Positions 39,448 through 52,439 of a stretch of 64,000 nucleotides of DNA are shown here, piece by piece. Both the position numbers and the translations under genes were made by a program. The stretch covers positions 14,322,001 through 14,386,000 of the forward strand of contig OX597831.1 in assembly GCA_951406725.2 (NCBI GenBank), in the 5' to 3' direction. The notes below the pieces were generated by a model. That model was not told the DNA's origin. It made no database searches and worked only from the letters and a program-made list of their open reading frames with translations. Source of the stretch: Octopus vulgaris (lineage: Eukaryota). Position 1 is the first letter of the stretch; each line of letters opens with the position of its first letter.

Positions 39448-39870
39448 TTCCTTCGTAACACTGTGTAGGTAAAAATGCACCTGAGTCTTTAGTCACCTGT
39501 CAAGTCACAAGAAGGACCTCAGACAGGTAATACTTTCCTCAAAATATGTGCTGTGCCCAATAAGGCTACTTTTTGCAAGACATCAATCTTGCATGGGATT
39601 TCCAGCTCACCTTAAGAAGTCTTGAAGTTTCAATGGGATTGAGCCCAACGCTCCGATCACCACTGGTATCACTTATACATTACCCTCTTGCATTCCATAC
39701 AATCATGCCATTTCCATTTTCAATTCGGAGTACTTGGTGATTTTTTCAACCTCTTTACTCACAACATTCATATCATTTGGTATGGCTCCATCAATGATCT
39801 GATAGTATTTGTCTCTCTTACTCAATATGACAATATCTGGCCAACGGTGTTCGATTACACGATCCATCTG
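39448..39870 (-). mobile_element. R4/Dong-clade LINE 3' fragment (RLE endonuclease) within an (ATT)n tract
   Basis: DRVIEHRWPDIVILSKRDKYYQIIDGAIP..KYSELKME..VIPVVIGALG..LQKVALLGTAHILRKVL; ATT repeats on both flanks. Confidence 0.8.
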
Positions 39871-41359
39871 ATTATTATTATTATTATTATTATTATTATT
39901 GAGGGAGTGAAAAGAAGAAAAAAAAGGTAAGTAAAGATATAATAAAAAACAAAGAAACCCTTACCTGCATGAGGTTTTGTAGCCTTCTAAACTGCTTGGT
40001 GACCCCCACTTGTGCTTATGCCACTGAAAAAGCTACCCACTACATGCTGCAAGGTGGTTGGCATTAGGAAGGGCATCCAGCTGTAGAAACCGTGCCAAAA
40101 CAGACGCTGGAATATGATGACGTCCTTGGTCCATATCAGACCCTGACGACCCGTCCACCCCCATGCCAAGTTGGAACATTGATGTTAAATGATGATAACG
40201 AGGAAAGAAAAAAGAGTGAAATGTAAGGAAAGGGCCATTCAAAGAAACCTACATCAATATGATTTGTATTATTTGGTGAAAGTGAGAAAAGAGTACCTTG
40301 AAACTGTCTGAAATGCTGGATATTGCAGTCCCCTTGGCAACAGCACTGAACTCTTTCTGTCAAGTGTAAAAATAGTACGAGAACAATAATGAAATTCAAC
40401 TTTCTCAAAGACTTTTCTGTGGATTTGGTAGATGGAAACAGAAGCCTACTACGTGTGTGTATGCATATCTATCTATATATATGTATGTATATAGATATAT
40501 ATATATGTATATAAATATATATATATATATTTGGTTTGCAAGATTCTTTATATGAGATCGTGTGTTGAAGCATATTCTGTTGTGTCTGGGGTGAGTCATT
40601 TTATTTTTGTGCCGTATGATTTAACACACTCACCAGTAAAATTTCTGTTTATTTCTTATTTTTATGAAAATAAAAATCGTAAGGCACAAAAGGAAAATGA
40701 CTCTCCCCTGACACAACAGTATATATATATATATATATATGCATGTATGTATAGAGTATTAGGTGTGATGTACAGAATTGAATATTGAGAAAAAAGTCAT
40801 CAGAATTTTGGAAAAAAATCTTTATATTTCTTCATTATTATGAGTGCTTTCTTTCCTCTCTAGAACTTGTCAAATACAAACTTTTATTTTTTTTCAAAAT
40901 TCTGACGACTTTTTTCTCAATATGTGTGTGTATGTTCATATATATATATTTATATAAATGTGTATACATGTGCTTGTCTCCCACTATCATTGGACAGCCG
41001 GTGTTAGTTTGTTTACATCCTTGTAACTTAGTGGTTTGGCAAAAGAGACTGGTGGAATAAGTGCCGGGGTTGATTCGTCCAACTAAAGGCCTCTGTGGTG
41101 GTGACCCAATATTTTGAAACCAGTCAGGTACTGGAATCGATGTAATCAACTTGCCCCTCCCCTAAAAATGCTGGCTTTGCACTAAAAATAGAAATTATGA
41201 TCATTATTAAATTGGTTGGCTGGCAGAATCTTGATCATGGAATATTTTACCAACGGAAGAAAATTGTATATTTTGTCTTAAAACACTGATATTTATTGTA
41301 GTTCCATTTAAAAAAATTTTTTTTTCTGCTACAAGTGCAATATTTGTGTATAATTGTGA

Positions 41360-41859
41360 TTATTTACATTTGACGGATATTTGTCCTCATCTTGTTTGTT
41401 GTTAACACAATGTTTCGGCTGATATACCTTCCAGCCTTCATCAGGTGTCTTGGGGAAATTTCGAACCTGGGTTCTCATTCCGAAGGTATTTTTCGATGTT
41501 ATTATTATTATCATCATCACCATCATCATCATCATCATTATTATTATTTAGGTCACTGCCTGGAATCGAACTCGGAATCTTGGGGTTAGTATGTCCACGG
41601 GCATATAGCGTGGTGGTTAAGAGCTCGGGCTACTAACCCCAAGATTCCGAGTTCGATTCCAAGCAGTGACCAGAATAATAATAATAACAACAACAACATC
41701 GAAAAATGCCTTAGGAATGAGAACCCAGGTTCGAAATTTCCCCAATACATCTGATGAAGGCTGGTGGGTATATCAGCCAAAACGTTGTGTTATCAACAAC
41801 GAAGATGAGGTCAAATGTAAACAATGTACTTAATTCCTCGTCTCTTAAATACACAACTG
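41360..41859 (+). mobile_element. tRNA-headed hammerhead retroposon, head-to-head inverted dimer (copy B)
   Basis: Minus arm about 41360-41591, plus arm about 41593-41859; TSD-like TAAT(T/A)GTGATTA (41351-41362, 41860-41871); hammerheads at about 41403-41449 (-) and 41746-41791 (+). Confidence 0.85.
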
Positions 41860-42599
41860 TAATAGTGATTATATTATAAGGTTTTAATAGTGATTCCTCT
41901 TGAATATCTAAGTTATTAATCAGCATAAATTGCTTACGAGGAGGAGAGCGTAGTTTCGATGTCTCTAATGACTTTGTTATCTCAATAAAATATTTATTAA
42001 CTGAAAATGTCTTACGCACATATTTTCCTATTTCATTGTTTCCCGCTGCTTTTCTCTGGTTTTAGTAATACCAGCGCCACATGGATGGGTTTGTTTGTTT
42101 GGTTGATTGGTTTTTATTTTTATTCTACAAGCAAAGTTGCTTCTATATGTCAAGAGTAGAAAAGGTCTTTTTAGTAGAGGGGTCAAGTTAAAAGTACAGG
42201 GGAATTTTTTAGAAGCAACTCATTTGTGATTAGAAAATTAATGAATCTTAATTTTTACAATTTAGGCGTCACCATTGTCCCTCCTCCTCCGCCTTATCAT
42301 CACCAACATCATAATCATTATAATTATCATCTTCATCAATATCATTAGCATTATAATACTCCTTCTCCTCCCTGTTATCATCATTATCACCATCACTGTC
42401 GTCATCGTCTTCAGAATGGAATTATTTGAGTGTTGGACAAGGTATTTCGTCATTCTGAGTTCAATCTCTGTCTGCTACAGGTTTCCCTTCCAAGAAACAC
42501 TGGACTGCTACTCGATAACATCCTTACCAGTCCCCTAAGACACATATCTCTGTAAACAAAACAGGGATCGTATAGAAAGTAGATATCATGACACATGAC

Positions 42600-43410
42600 A
42601 TCACCTTATAGAACGGAAATACTCAGCTAAGAACCATGTAATTTCAGTGCCATTGTAATCAAGCCGGTCCACAACATTGAAAAAGAAAGCTGTCTGCATA
42701 TTTACCAAGTTTGATTTTATGGATTCTAACCATTCTGTATCGCAGAGTCTTTAACTGGAAGCCTTAGATTTTGCGAAGTAATTTGTTCCGAAGAGTGACT
42801 GAGATATTTAAACAGCAATAAACTTCAGGAAGTCATTGTTACTTCACAATTTCAAATCTGCCTCAAAGGATAGAAACGTATAACTAAGCGTCAAACGTCT
42901 CCATGCGCAACCATGGCGAGGCTGAGTTAACGAACTTTGTGCAATTGTTTATTCTTCACAAATTTCAGGTTTGTACAGAGATGACGGACTGGCAATCTTA
43001 TACAATATGAACGGTCATGTATAGAAAAAAGCTTGACAGGCATATTCACCGAGTTAAGCTTGATTATAACTAACTCCACCTATCTACCGATGGCTAATTC
43101 TTTAGATGTTACATATTTTAAGAGAGGTAAACTCTATACCCATTGAAACCAAACGAGGAGACGGTATATATCTACCAGAACTCTACTCAAACATCTCCCG
43201 TAATAGAGAACATAGTATCAGTAGTAGAGAATCTTACTTTATTTCTGATAGGGAATTATTCGTCAGGAAAACACATCGCTATAACGAAACTCAAACGAGG
43301 AGTGGTTTTTGTGAGGAGTTAACCTGAACGGAAAAGCCACTTCCTCTCTGAATTCAAGGAAAACCACGAAGCCAAAAGACGTCTGATTTAATCCACTTTA
43401 AATTTTGCAC
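42600..43410 (+). mobile_element. Penelope-like element reverse transcriptase remnant
   Basis: FTKFDFMD..LEALDFAK..FRKSLL, GLYRDDGLAIL (from 42968), NSLDVT, YNETQTRSGF; many stops. Confidence 0.8.
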
Positions 43411-44043
43411 TTGGAACTTTCCCGTAAGGTGTCGCTTCCTAGCTACAATTAAGTCCCTCAAATGTCCCCCTGCTCATTTAAGGTGTGCTAATCTTGTCTA
43501 GATAACAGCGCTTCCATCAAAGCAAACCATAACAAGAAAGTAAAACACATCTGTACCGCTTCCTTCGCAACTTGGAATTGCTGAGATCGAGCAGCTTCTC
43601 CACTGAGATTTAACTTACCAAAGCTATGATATAAAGAGCTACGCTCACTCCCACAAATTGTATCCACAGGTGTTACAGAGTTTACTCCCAAAACATCAAA
43701 CGATATTATAGGTACCATTTGAGCTACTTTAGGTTTTAATGCAGAGGAAGTTCCACTTCTCTGTCCTTTTTTATTTGGAAGCCTAGAGACAAAAGACACG
43801 ACTTACCAACTGTTGTATGGAGCATTGTTGGAAGAGACTCTCTATGCTCCTGTGTATCACAAAACTTTTCTGCTTGTCGGAAAAGAACTTCATATCCTAA
43901 AGCATATTGCCGTACACATCAACAAAGAATCCAAATTAATCAATGGCTTTGGGCCATGAAATGTAAAATTTTGATAAGTACTATGACAACTCTGGACATG
44001 CTCCGCCTTTTATTAAATCTCTTCAGCCAAGCATATTCTTCCT

Positions 44044-44618
44044 CATCATCATCATTGTTCGACCGTGGTCGAGACAATGGAATTTACCATGTTGCGCCAG
44101 ACTTCACGGTCCATCATAGCATTACGGAGGTCCTGTTGCTGGATGCCTGTATCCCTGGAGATTACATCAGGGTAGGAGAGTGTGCGCCCTCTGGTGTTGC
44201 GAGTAGATGGCTTCCAGAGGAGAAGAGTAGAAATTACTTCTTTTTCAGCTCTACAACAATGTCCAGCAAACTGGACTCTCCTACCCTTCACAAGAGATGA
44301 CACAGGTGGTAATTTCCCATATATTTGCATTTTAGTTGGATGGCGCCTCCACGAGAGATTTTGAGCTCTCATAAGGAGGCGAGTGTAGGTTCCATCCAAC
44401 CGCCTCTCAAGCTTCTTTGATAACGTCCAGGTTTCTGAGCCATATAGTAGGATTGGTTCGACTGTGGCTTTGAATATTTCAAGTTTGAAGTCTCTACTTA
44501 GATTTGATGACCAGATCTTATGCATGTCATTACAGGCTGACCAGGCCATACCCTTTCTAGTTAGAAAGTCTTTTCCAGATGATGATATGTATGACCCAAG
44601 ATATTTATAATCAGAAAC
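44044..44618 (-). mobile_element. Young 5'-truncated RTE-clade LINE
   Basis: Intact frame YKYLGS..PILLYGSETW..QFAGHC..DREVWR; (TGA)n tail; perfect 12-bp TSD CATATTCTTCCT (44032-44043, 44619-44630). Confidence 0.95.
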
Positions 44619-45068
44619 CATATTCTTCCTAGTTCTAACCAGACGTTGGGATGGCGGTAAGAATAGGTTTTTGAGTAAAAAGAAGTTCACTGGTTGAAAC
44701 ATTTACGTTCATTCTTGCACTCACGCACAATTATAATAGATACAAACACACATGCATGAGTGTGTGCACACATACGCACAGAGGCGCGCGCACGCGTGTA
44801 TAGCATAAAGTCGGGAGATGAAGATAGATTTATACGGTTGCTCGGACACATTACATAGCAATTGATTACTATGTAGATTGATAGCCGATTCCGAATGGGG
44901 AGCTTATTGCGATTATACTACTTTTTATACGTGTGTGCGTAAATGTATGTATATATATATATATATACACACACATATATATGTATGTCTATGTATATAT
45001 ATATATATGTGTATGTTTATATATATAGACATAATATATACATGTATATATGTTTGCGTGTGTGTGCG

Positions 45069-45230
45069 CTCAGGCATGGATGTGTGGAAAGAAGTTTACT
45101 TCTCAATCACATGGTCTCTAGTTCAGTCCCACTGCATGGTACCTTGGGCAATTGTCTTCTACTATAGTTCTGGTTTGACCAAAGCCTCTTGAGTGGATTT
45201 GGTAGACGGAAACTAAAATAAGGCTGTCAC
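45069..45230 (+). mobile_element. OR-like tRNA SINE head
   Basis: GTTCAGTCCCACTGC..CCTTGGGCAA..GAGTGGATTTGGTAGACGGAAACT. Confidence 0.8.
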
Positions 45231-45439
45231 ACACACACTCACATCTCTCTCTCTCTCTCTCACAATATATATGTATGTATGTATGTATGTATGCTAGTAT
45301 ATATGTATGTGATTATTCTGTTTATTTCAAGATATCTTACCATTGAAGAAAGAACCGGTTTCTAATCTAGATCCAATGCTCCATTGCAATTTCAACATCA
45401 ACAGGGTATGTACGTATGTATGTATGTATGTATGTATGC

Positions 45440-46275
45440 ATATATGTATGTGCAGATGTGTATGTTTCATGCATGTATTCTCATGCATATAGTTGCATAT
45501 CTAGACATGCTCATATATATTTAAATGATACATTTCTGGTAAGTTTTACAGTGATGGACTGGATCTGTAGTCTTCGAATTAGATTTCTCCTTTCTGGTTT
45601 CGAGAAGCCTAATTGCTCGAGATTGGTATTTATGCAATGTGTTACATATCGCAGCGCCTCCAATAATTACAGGTATAAGCCTGAACGTGTAATCTGGATA
45701 GAGTAACTGCAGATTCTTCAATAGTTCAGCATAGGTGTTCTCTTTTTCACTGATCTTCAGCTTTATCTTAGCATCCGCTGGGCAGCTAATTTCCACAACA
45801 TTGGACAGTTTCTCTTCTCCATCCCAAATCATTATATCAGGTCTGTTGTGCTTACGTTTTATTGAGGTCTTCACTGGTACATTCCACCAGTATTCCTTTT
45901 TATCACGAGTGGCTATTCTTCCCTCATATTGTGGGTTTTTATTTCTTTGTCCCCGGGATTAACCTTCTGACGGATTTCATTATAGAGTGTCCTAGCTACA
46001 ACGACATGTCTCATCAGTAGATAATACCGTGATGACATTTTCGGACAACTGCTTATGACGTGGGTGCTATCTTCAGTGTGAACTCCATAAAGTCTGCATC
46101 GGATGTCACATTTTCCTGTATCTCTATCCCTTTTGTGCATCAGGTACTTGGTTGATATTTCCTGTTCCTGGATTGCAAACGTATACCCTTCAAAGTGGGA
46201 CGTAGTAATCCGGCTATTCATCCATTATTAACTGCTTTGATGATCGATGTTACTATCATCACGGAGCTTTCTAAC

Positions 46276-46276
<1 letters not shown>
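45440..46276 (-). mobile_element. R4/Dong-like LINE 3' fragment (CCHC knuckle plus RLE) between (TATG)n tracts
   Basis: EGYTFAIQEQEI..CRLY..EDSTHVISSCP..MRH..; HNRPDIMIWD..VVEISCP..EKENTY..IPVIIG. Confidence 0.85.
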
Positions 46277-46306
<30 letters not shown>

Positions 46307-46929
46307 TGTATGTATGTATGTACGTATGTCTTATACATAGAGGTAGATAGAGTATAAAATCTAAAATTTCTATCAGGAAAACGCATGAAAAACTCCTTTA
46401 ACTCAAAAACCTTGTAAAAGAATGAAAATAAAACAATAGAATTAAATAAGCAAACAAGATGTTATATTTTCTCGAATTTTTTTATTTATTAAAATAAAAT
46501 AATATAAATAGAATATGAATTACATTCGTAATCATAAAAACAAAGAAGTCTGTGTAATCCAGCGCAAACCACTTCGACGGTTGTCTAGTAATGAAAAGAA
46601 AAATGTCTCGGTTTTCTTGAAAATGAGCACACTTGTTATTTTGTTATAATGTCAAGTTGAAATAATAACAAAACCAAAATATAAATTTGCCAAGTTTAAC
46701 TGAAATTTTGTTTGCTTTATTTTTCCCATTTTTTGTTTTAGAAAATTAGTTGAAGCATTTTAATTCCAGTTAAATATAAATAAACTCTTGAGAATAATGA
46801 TACTGTTTCATTTTTTTCTATTTTTCTCTTCTATTTCACTAACGTTGTCTAAATTATATTCTTTGTATGTCTCCTGTCTACTTCATAATAATGTCTTTTT
46901 GCGTCTAATAGTTAAAATTATGAAATATT

Positions 46930-47200
46930 GGAATTATTTAAAACCCATACTGAAGAAGTATGTAAAAGAAAAACCTAATGGTGATATGACATGCTTGAAG
47001 GATGAGGGTGAAGATGTAAAAATGACCTCGAATTTCAAAAAAGATTTGTCTGAAGTTTTTCCAGTTTTAGATGAAGCTGTGGTCATTTTCATTGACAAAG
47101 ATCCCCAAAGAGAAACAGAGAGAAATTCAAAGCAATATAATTAATAACGAATGGATAGGAATTGCAAAAATATAGAATGCCCTTGGCGGACTCAGAATAA
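46930..47200 (+). mobile_element. Possible pogo/Tigger transposase C-terminal remnant
   Basis: DLSEVFPVLDEAVVIFIDKDPQRETER resembles the Tigger C-terminal ..F..QDPN.ER motif; weak. Confidence 0.35.
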
Positions 47201-47477
47201 TATAAAAGTCCGTCCTTCAAGACGACATGAAGAAGGTGTAGCGAGGCCTACAATCGAAACCTCACAAGTTGAGTAGCAAGGAACAGATCCCACTTAGATT
47301 ATGTGACGTACACTGACGATCAACCAAACAGTTTACAGAACCATCAGCCCATATTATGAAATGTTCTTCTATGGTTCCCACGTTAAAGAGATCATATATA
47401 CAACAACGCGGACATTCATAATCAGAAAGGCAAAAAGTGGCTGAGCGGGCCATGGGCGGAGACACAGACAACAAGCA

Positions 47478-47870
47478 GAGAGTTGTTGTCGTTGGTTGAG
47501 GCGTATCCAGGTGTCGGTGGTTCATCCGGTATATTCTGCAGGAATTTGTCCAGGTACCGTTTAAAAGTTATGAGGTCTTTTTCTACTTTAATTTCTTTCG
47601 GAATGACTTTGAAAAGAGCAGGACCATTTGCAGTGAAGAAATTGTGTCGCAATGTTCTGATGTGATGTGATCTCGATCTTTGTAGGGGACACATTGCACG
47701 GGGACCTAGTCTTGGGGGAATTGTAAACATAATACCAATATCATTTGGATAATACTGGTGGAATACTTTCCACATGGTGCAAATAATGAATTGCTCACAA
47801 CGGCGTTGCAGGGAATAGAGTTTCAGCTGTTTAAGTCGAGCCCAAGGGGTTTTCTTTATTGCAACCAAGC
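47478..47870 (-). mobile_element. CR1-group LINE 3' fragment
   Basis: WARLKQLKLYSLQRR..NGPALFKVIPKEIK..FKRYLDKFLQNIPDEP. Confidence 0.8.
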
Positions 47871-48794
47871 GCTTAATGTCGTTAGATCCCTGCTTAATAA
47901 AACAATTCTCATCTTCACTAAGAGATTATTCATGTTGTAACCAGAGGCTCGTCTGTGTCTCACATTTGTACGAGGTCTCTCAGTCGTCGTCTTTCGGTAA
48001 TTATATCTTTACTTAATTTATATATATATAACATGCACGCACCAAATCTACATTATGTATAAAAAATATATATTTGGGGTTATTAATAAACACTGTTGAA
48101 AATAATTCTCGTTATTACTGTCATGGGTTTAGAGTCGTAATTGTTGAGTTGGTGAACGAAGATATATTTTTTTGGCCGCGTGAATAATTGAAGCAAAACA
48201 CGTGGAAGCTTAATTGAAATACTTATTGTCACAAATAAAAGCAAATGGGGCTGAGCATTTGCAATTAAGGGTAAAAATAATTATGGACTGAGAGAGAGAC
48301 ACACCTCTGAGATTACAAAAAGGTATCTGTACAGCCGCATGTTGTCGGTCCAACGAAATTCAACGGTGATCGCTTCGTGGCGACAGAGGTTCTGGGTTAG
48401 CTATCTTAGGCCGTCTCTGTGAGTGTCTGGAACCATCTGATGGCAAGAATGAAGGCACATGTCACTCAGTGACCCACAACATTCAGCAATTATCACCAAA
48501 AGCCGCCTTTTATTGGATGCAAGAAAATTCCAGAAGCTTAAATCACGTCATTATTTAACACTAATTGGCTGCTTATTAGACCCATGAACGTAAAACTATT
48601 GCAGTTCCATTATCTTATTATTATTATTATTTTTATTCATCTTTCTTAACCATGTTCCAGCACCCATTTATTTCAATGTTTGGTTCTAGAAGCGTTTTGA
48701 ATCTTTAGAAATTTATTCCTGGTTTTCTAATTGAAATATTCCGAAAGAATGTAAGTCTTTGTTATCTCAGAGAATCTGTCCTTTTCCGCTTTAC

Positions 48795-49815
48795 ATGTTT
48801 CACACATTGGATCGCGGCCATGCTGGGGCACCACCTTGAAGGATTTAGTCGAACGAATCGAACCCGATACTTATTTTAAAACCAAGCACTTATTGTATTG
48901 TCTCTTTTTGCTAAACTGCTAAGTTACTGGGACATAAATGAACCAATACCGGTTGCCAAGTGGTGGTGGAGGACAAACGCAAAGACACGCACACACTTAT
49001 ACATATGTATGCGTGTGTGTGTTTGCACACACACATGTATGCATGTATACACACACACATACACGATAGGTTTTGTAACGAGAATGTGTTGAATGTCTTC
49101 TCTGGACCTTTTGGGGGTGCGAGAAGCAATCACTTTCCGTTGCTTTAATAATCCAGATTCTCTACCAGTCAGAAACAACAAGACGCAGACGTAAATAATA
49201 TATATACTTTATTGTTTTATGGTGAGAGATCAGTGGTATATCTGATATCCTTGGTTCTGGGCGTGCAAGGCTGAAAGTTAATCGATTGTAATATTTACAA
49301 TGTTCAGCCGCTAAAAACAGAACGAGTTAAAGATGGCCGCGGAATATGAAGACGATGTTGTCCGCAACAATTTGGTAAAAACCTTCGGCCGACTGCTATC
49401 AAAGCTGGACAGCGAGAAAATATACGTCCGTCGCCTTCGGTCGCTGCTGTCTCAAGTCGCTGCTTGCTGAACGCTGGTAGTCAACGTCTTACGATCCCCT
49501 TGCCTCGGCTAACTGCTACGTAGGCAAAAGGGTTCTTCTTCCGGTGCTTCGCGCATGCGCGAGAGGGCCCTTCCTCTCTCTGCCTTGGTAAAGGCACCAA
49601 CACGCGCGAAATAGAAAATGGACGGTGCGCGCGCGCCGCTGTATAGCGTCACTACAGTTTCTTTCAGTTGTCGTCTACCAAATCCATTCACAAGTCTCTG
49701 GTCAGACCGAGGCAACTGTAAAAGACATTTGCCTAAGGTGCCACGCAGTAGGACTGAACCTAGAACCATGTGGCTGGGAAGCAATCTTCTTACCTCACAG
49801 CCACACCTTGCGCCT
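48795..49815 (-). mobile_element. OR-like tRNA SINE interrupted by a solo LTR
   Basis: Head 49657-49815, CA-rich spacer, tail 48795-48985; removing the LTR restores ACGATAGGTTTCTTTCAGT (other copies read ACGACGGGCTTCTTTCAGT). Confidence 0.8.
49074..49656 (-). mobile_element. Solo LTR (Gypsy-like)
   Basis: TGTAACGA...TCACTACA termini, 4-bp TSD GTTT, CpG-rich, AATAAA on the minus strand at about 49208-49213; orientation tentative. Confidence 0.75.
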
Positions 49816-50880
49816 CTGTCAAAATTTCATTTCACTTTACGTCGTTTCACTTAAAGTAGCGCTTTTCAAGGATCTTTCCAACGACCTTAAACGAGGACTG
49901 ACTGTAATATCATCCACAGAAATTTCAGCATTTAAAAGAAAAGCAAACAAACAAAAACCGTTCTCAATATTCATCTGCGTAAAAATTTCCGAGTATTTAA
50001 TTCGATAGAATGGAATGTAATTGAGATTTTGCTATTTTTATCTTCCACTGAATGTTCGTTCTCAACAGCTTTGCGTGAATGAGAGGGTTAAAAGTTATTC
50101 GAGCTGAAAACGAATTCCTGTCTGCAGATGCGTGTAATGACTATTTATAAGATACGGAAACATCGTAGCAAATGCTGCTTAGATAACTTCCCAGAGATGC
50201 AACGTGAACTGCAGTTTAATATCAAGATGAGCTTCAAGTATGCACAGTTCTGATTCTAAGGGTCTCTTTGTTGTAAATTCTTCATTGGAAGTTTTCGAAA
50301 AGCGTTTGTTGTTCAGAATAGAAGATTGCAGTTAATTGCGATTTATTGCCGAGTTCTTCGTTAGTCTTGACCTCGATGATTACAAATGCTTATCAGTCTT
50401 TCTGATGGCATCGCATTTTTCTCAAGAAACGGCATGACCCAAGGCATTTAATCATTGCTCTTAAAAGTCTTTGTTTTATATCTTTTATACTTCATTTGTT
50501 TAGGAATAAAAGAAATACAGAGCATAAGAATAAATCTCGGAATAAATATTCTACACGCTGATATTTTTAGCTGTGATTCGAGATCGACTGTCTCAAAGAG
50601 AATTATTTCACGTTCTCTTGAAGTTTCTACATTCTCATGACGTCAACAATATACCTTTGTCGCTGGTAAGAATAAAGTTTCTAAAATAGAGAAGCTCAAA
50701 GCCTTTCTTTGGTCATATGATAGAACGCCTATAATATCTACGGGAGATGTTGGTTCGACTCCCAAGGGTGCCCCTGATTCTGTTCTCCATCCAAGAGGTT
50801 TTTCTTTTTATACACGCTATTACTCATAGCCTTATCTACTTCGACACACACACACACATATATATATATATACATATATA

Positions 50881-51046
50881 CGACGGGCTTCTTTCAGTTT
50901 CCGTCTACCAAATCCACTCACAAGGCTTTGGTCGGCCCAAGGCTATAGTAGAAGACACTTGTCCAAGGTTGCCACGCAGTGGGACTGAACCCGGAACCAT
51001 GTGGTTGGTAAGCAAGCTACTTACCACACAGCCACTCCTGCGCCTG
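50881..51046 (-). mobile_element. OR-like tRNA SINE head, CpG-intact
   Basis: Matches the family; retains CpGs. Confidence 0.85.
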
Positions 51047-52439
51047 TATTTGACAGAATAATCATAATGGCCGCAGTCTAATGAGTAAAACAAATAAAAA
51101 AAGGTAATAAAAAAATGATAAAGAAACACTTCAACCAGATGCCATTTATTAGTCAAATTCTCTTGGATTCTGATCTGGATTAATCAGATTAGACCCAACA
51201 AAGTAAATATTTTACATAAATTATCACAAAAATAACAAAAATAAAAAGAGAGATGCGATAAATAATAATTCTTCAAATAATGATATTTTGTATCAGAATA
51301 GACTTCTGTTTATCTGGGGTTTAGATAGAGGACCCAACTAAGGAGGCCTTTCATTTATTAAGGGATCTTAGCCATATGGAAATCAAGTTTTTCTTGTGAG
51401 CTTCTACGTGGTGGCTCAACTTGGTAGAAATAGCAGTCAAATTTCCTTCAAGTTATTTTCTATTTGATTATTTTTCTTGAGTTCTAAGACTTACTAAGTC
51501 AGTCCTCTGGTTGCCATGGCATTTAAGTAACCAAGCACATGACATTCTTCTGAAGGGCGGGTCTGCTACAGGGTTGAAGGTGAGAAATTTCAGAGAAGGA
51601 GACAAATTGATTACATCTTTCCCCAGTACACGACTCAGTGAAGGCACCTGGTTCAGTGGTTAGGCCATTGGACTCATGATCGTAAGATCCTGGTTTCAAT
51701 TCCTGGATCAGGCAGTGTGTCATGTCCTTGAGCAAAGCAATTCATTTCACATTGCTCTGGTCCACCCAGCTTGCGAAAATGAGCAATCCTGTGACCAAAG
51801 GACACCCCATCCAGGGGGTGAATACATATACCACAGAAACTGGCCTTCTGAGTCTATGCAACTCAGGAAGAAACAGTGCTTGACCTTGAAGGGATGAATG
51901 GCAAAGCTGACCTTTGTAGGATTTGAACATGGGAAAAAAAAAAAGGGATGGCCATAGTTGGATTAGAAATAAATGTTCATATGTCTGCTTAACAAAAAAT
52001 GACATGGGACCAAAGAAACACAATAATGAGATCCAATCGGTGTTAGGGAGCTTCAGAAGGTTTTTAGAATGTCTTTTCTTACTGTTCCCTTCCTTTCTTA
52101 TCAATGGTATTCAGGAAAGCAGGGTGCTACAGTGGTTGCCATCACCTCCTTCATGTTGCTAATCCCGTTTTATTATTGGGTTCAAATGGCACAAGGCCAG
52201 TGATTTCAAAAGAAGGTTTGAATCAATTACATTCCCCCCCCCCCCCAGAGTTCAGCTGATATTTAATAACCCTGAAACAACAAAAGGTAAATTCGACCTC
52301 AACAGAAATTGAACTCACAACCTACACATACAGAATACCACGGGGTATTTTGCCAGATGCAGTAATAATTCTGCCTTAATCTCCCTTTATCATTATTATG
52401 GACACTTCCCTTCTGTTAATGCATACTTTTTGAAAAATT

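Noticed and set aside
47940-48600. CpG-containing stretch with CACGTG, CACGTCA and ATTGG boxes as a promoter
   Set aside because: Lies between two convergent 3' ends with no identifiable downstream exon; short motifs alone are insufficient.
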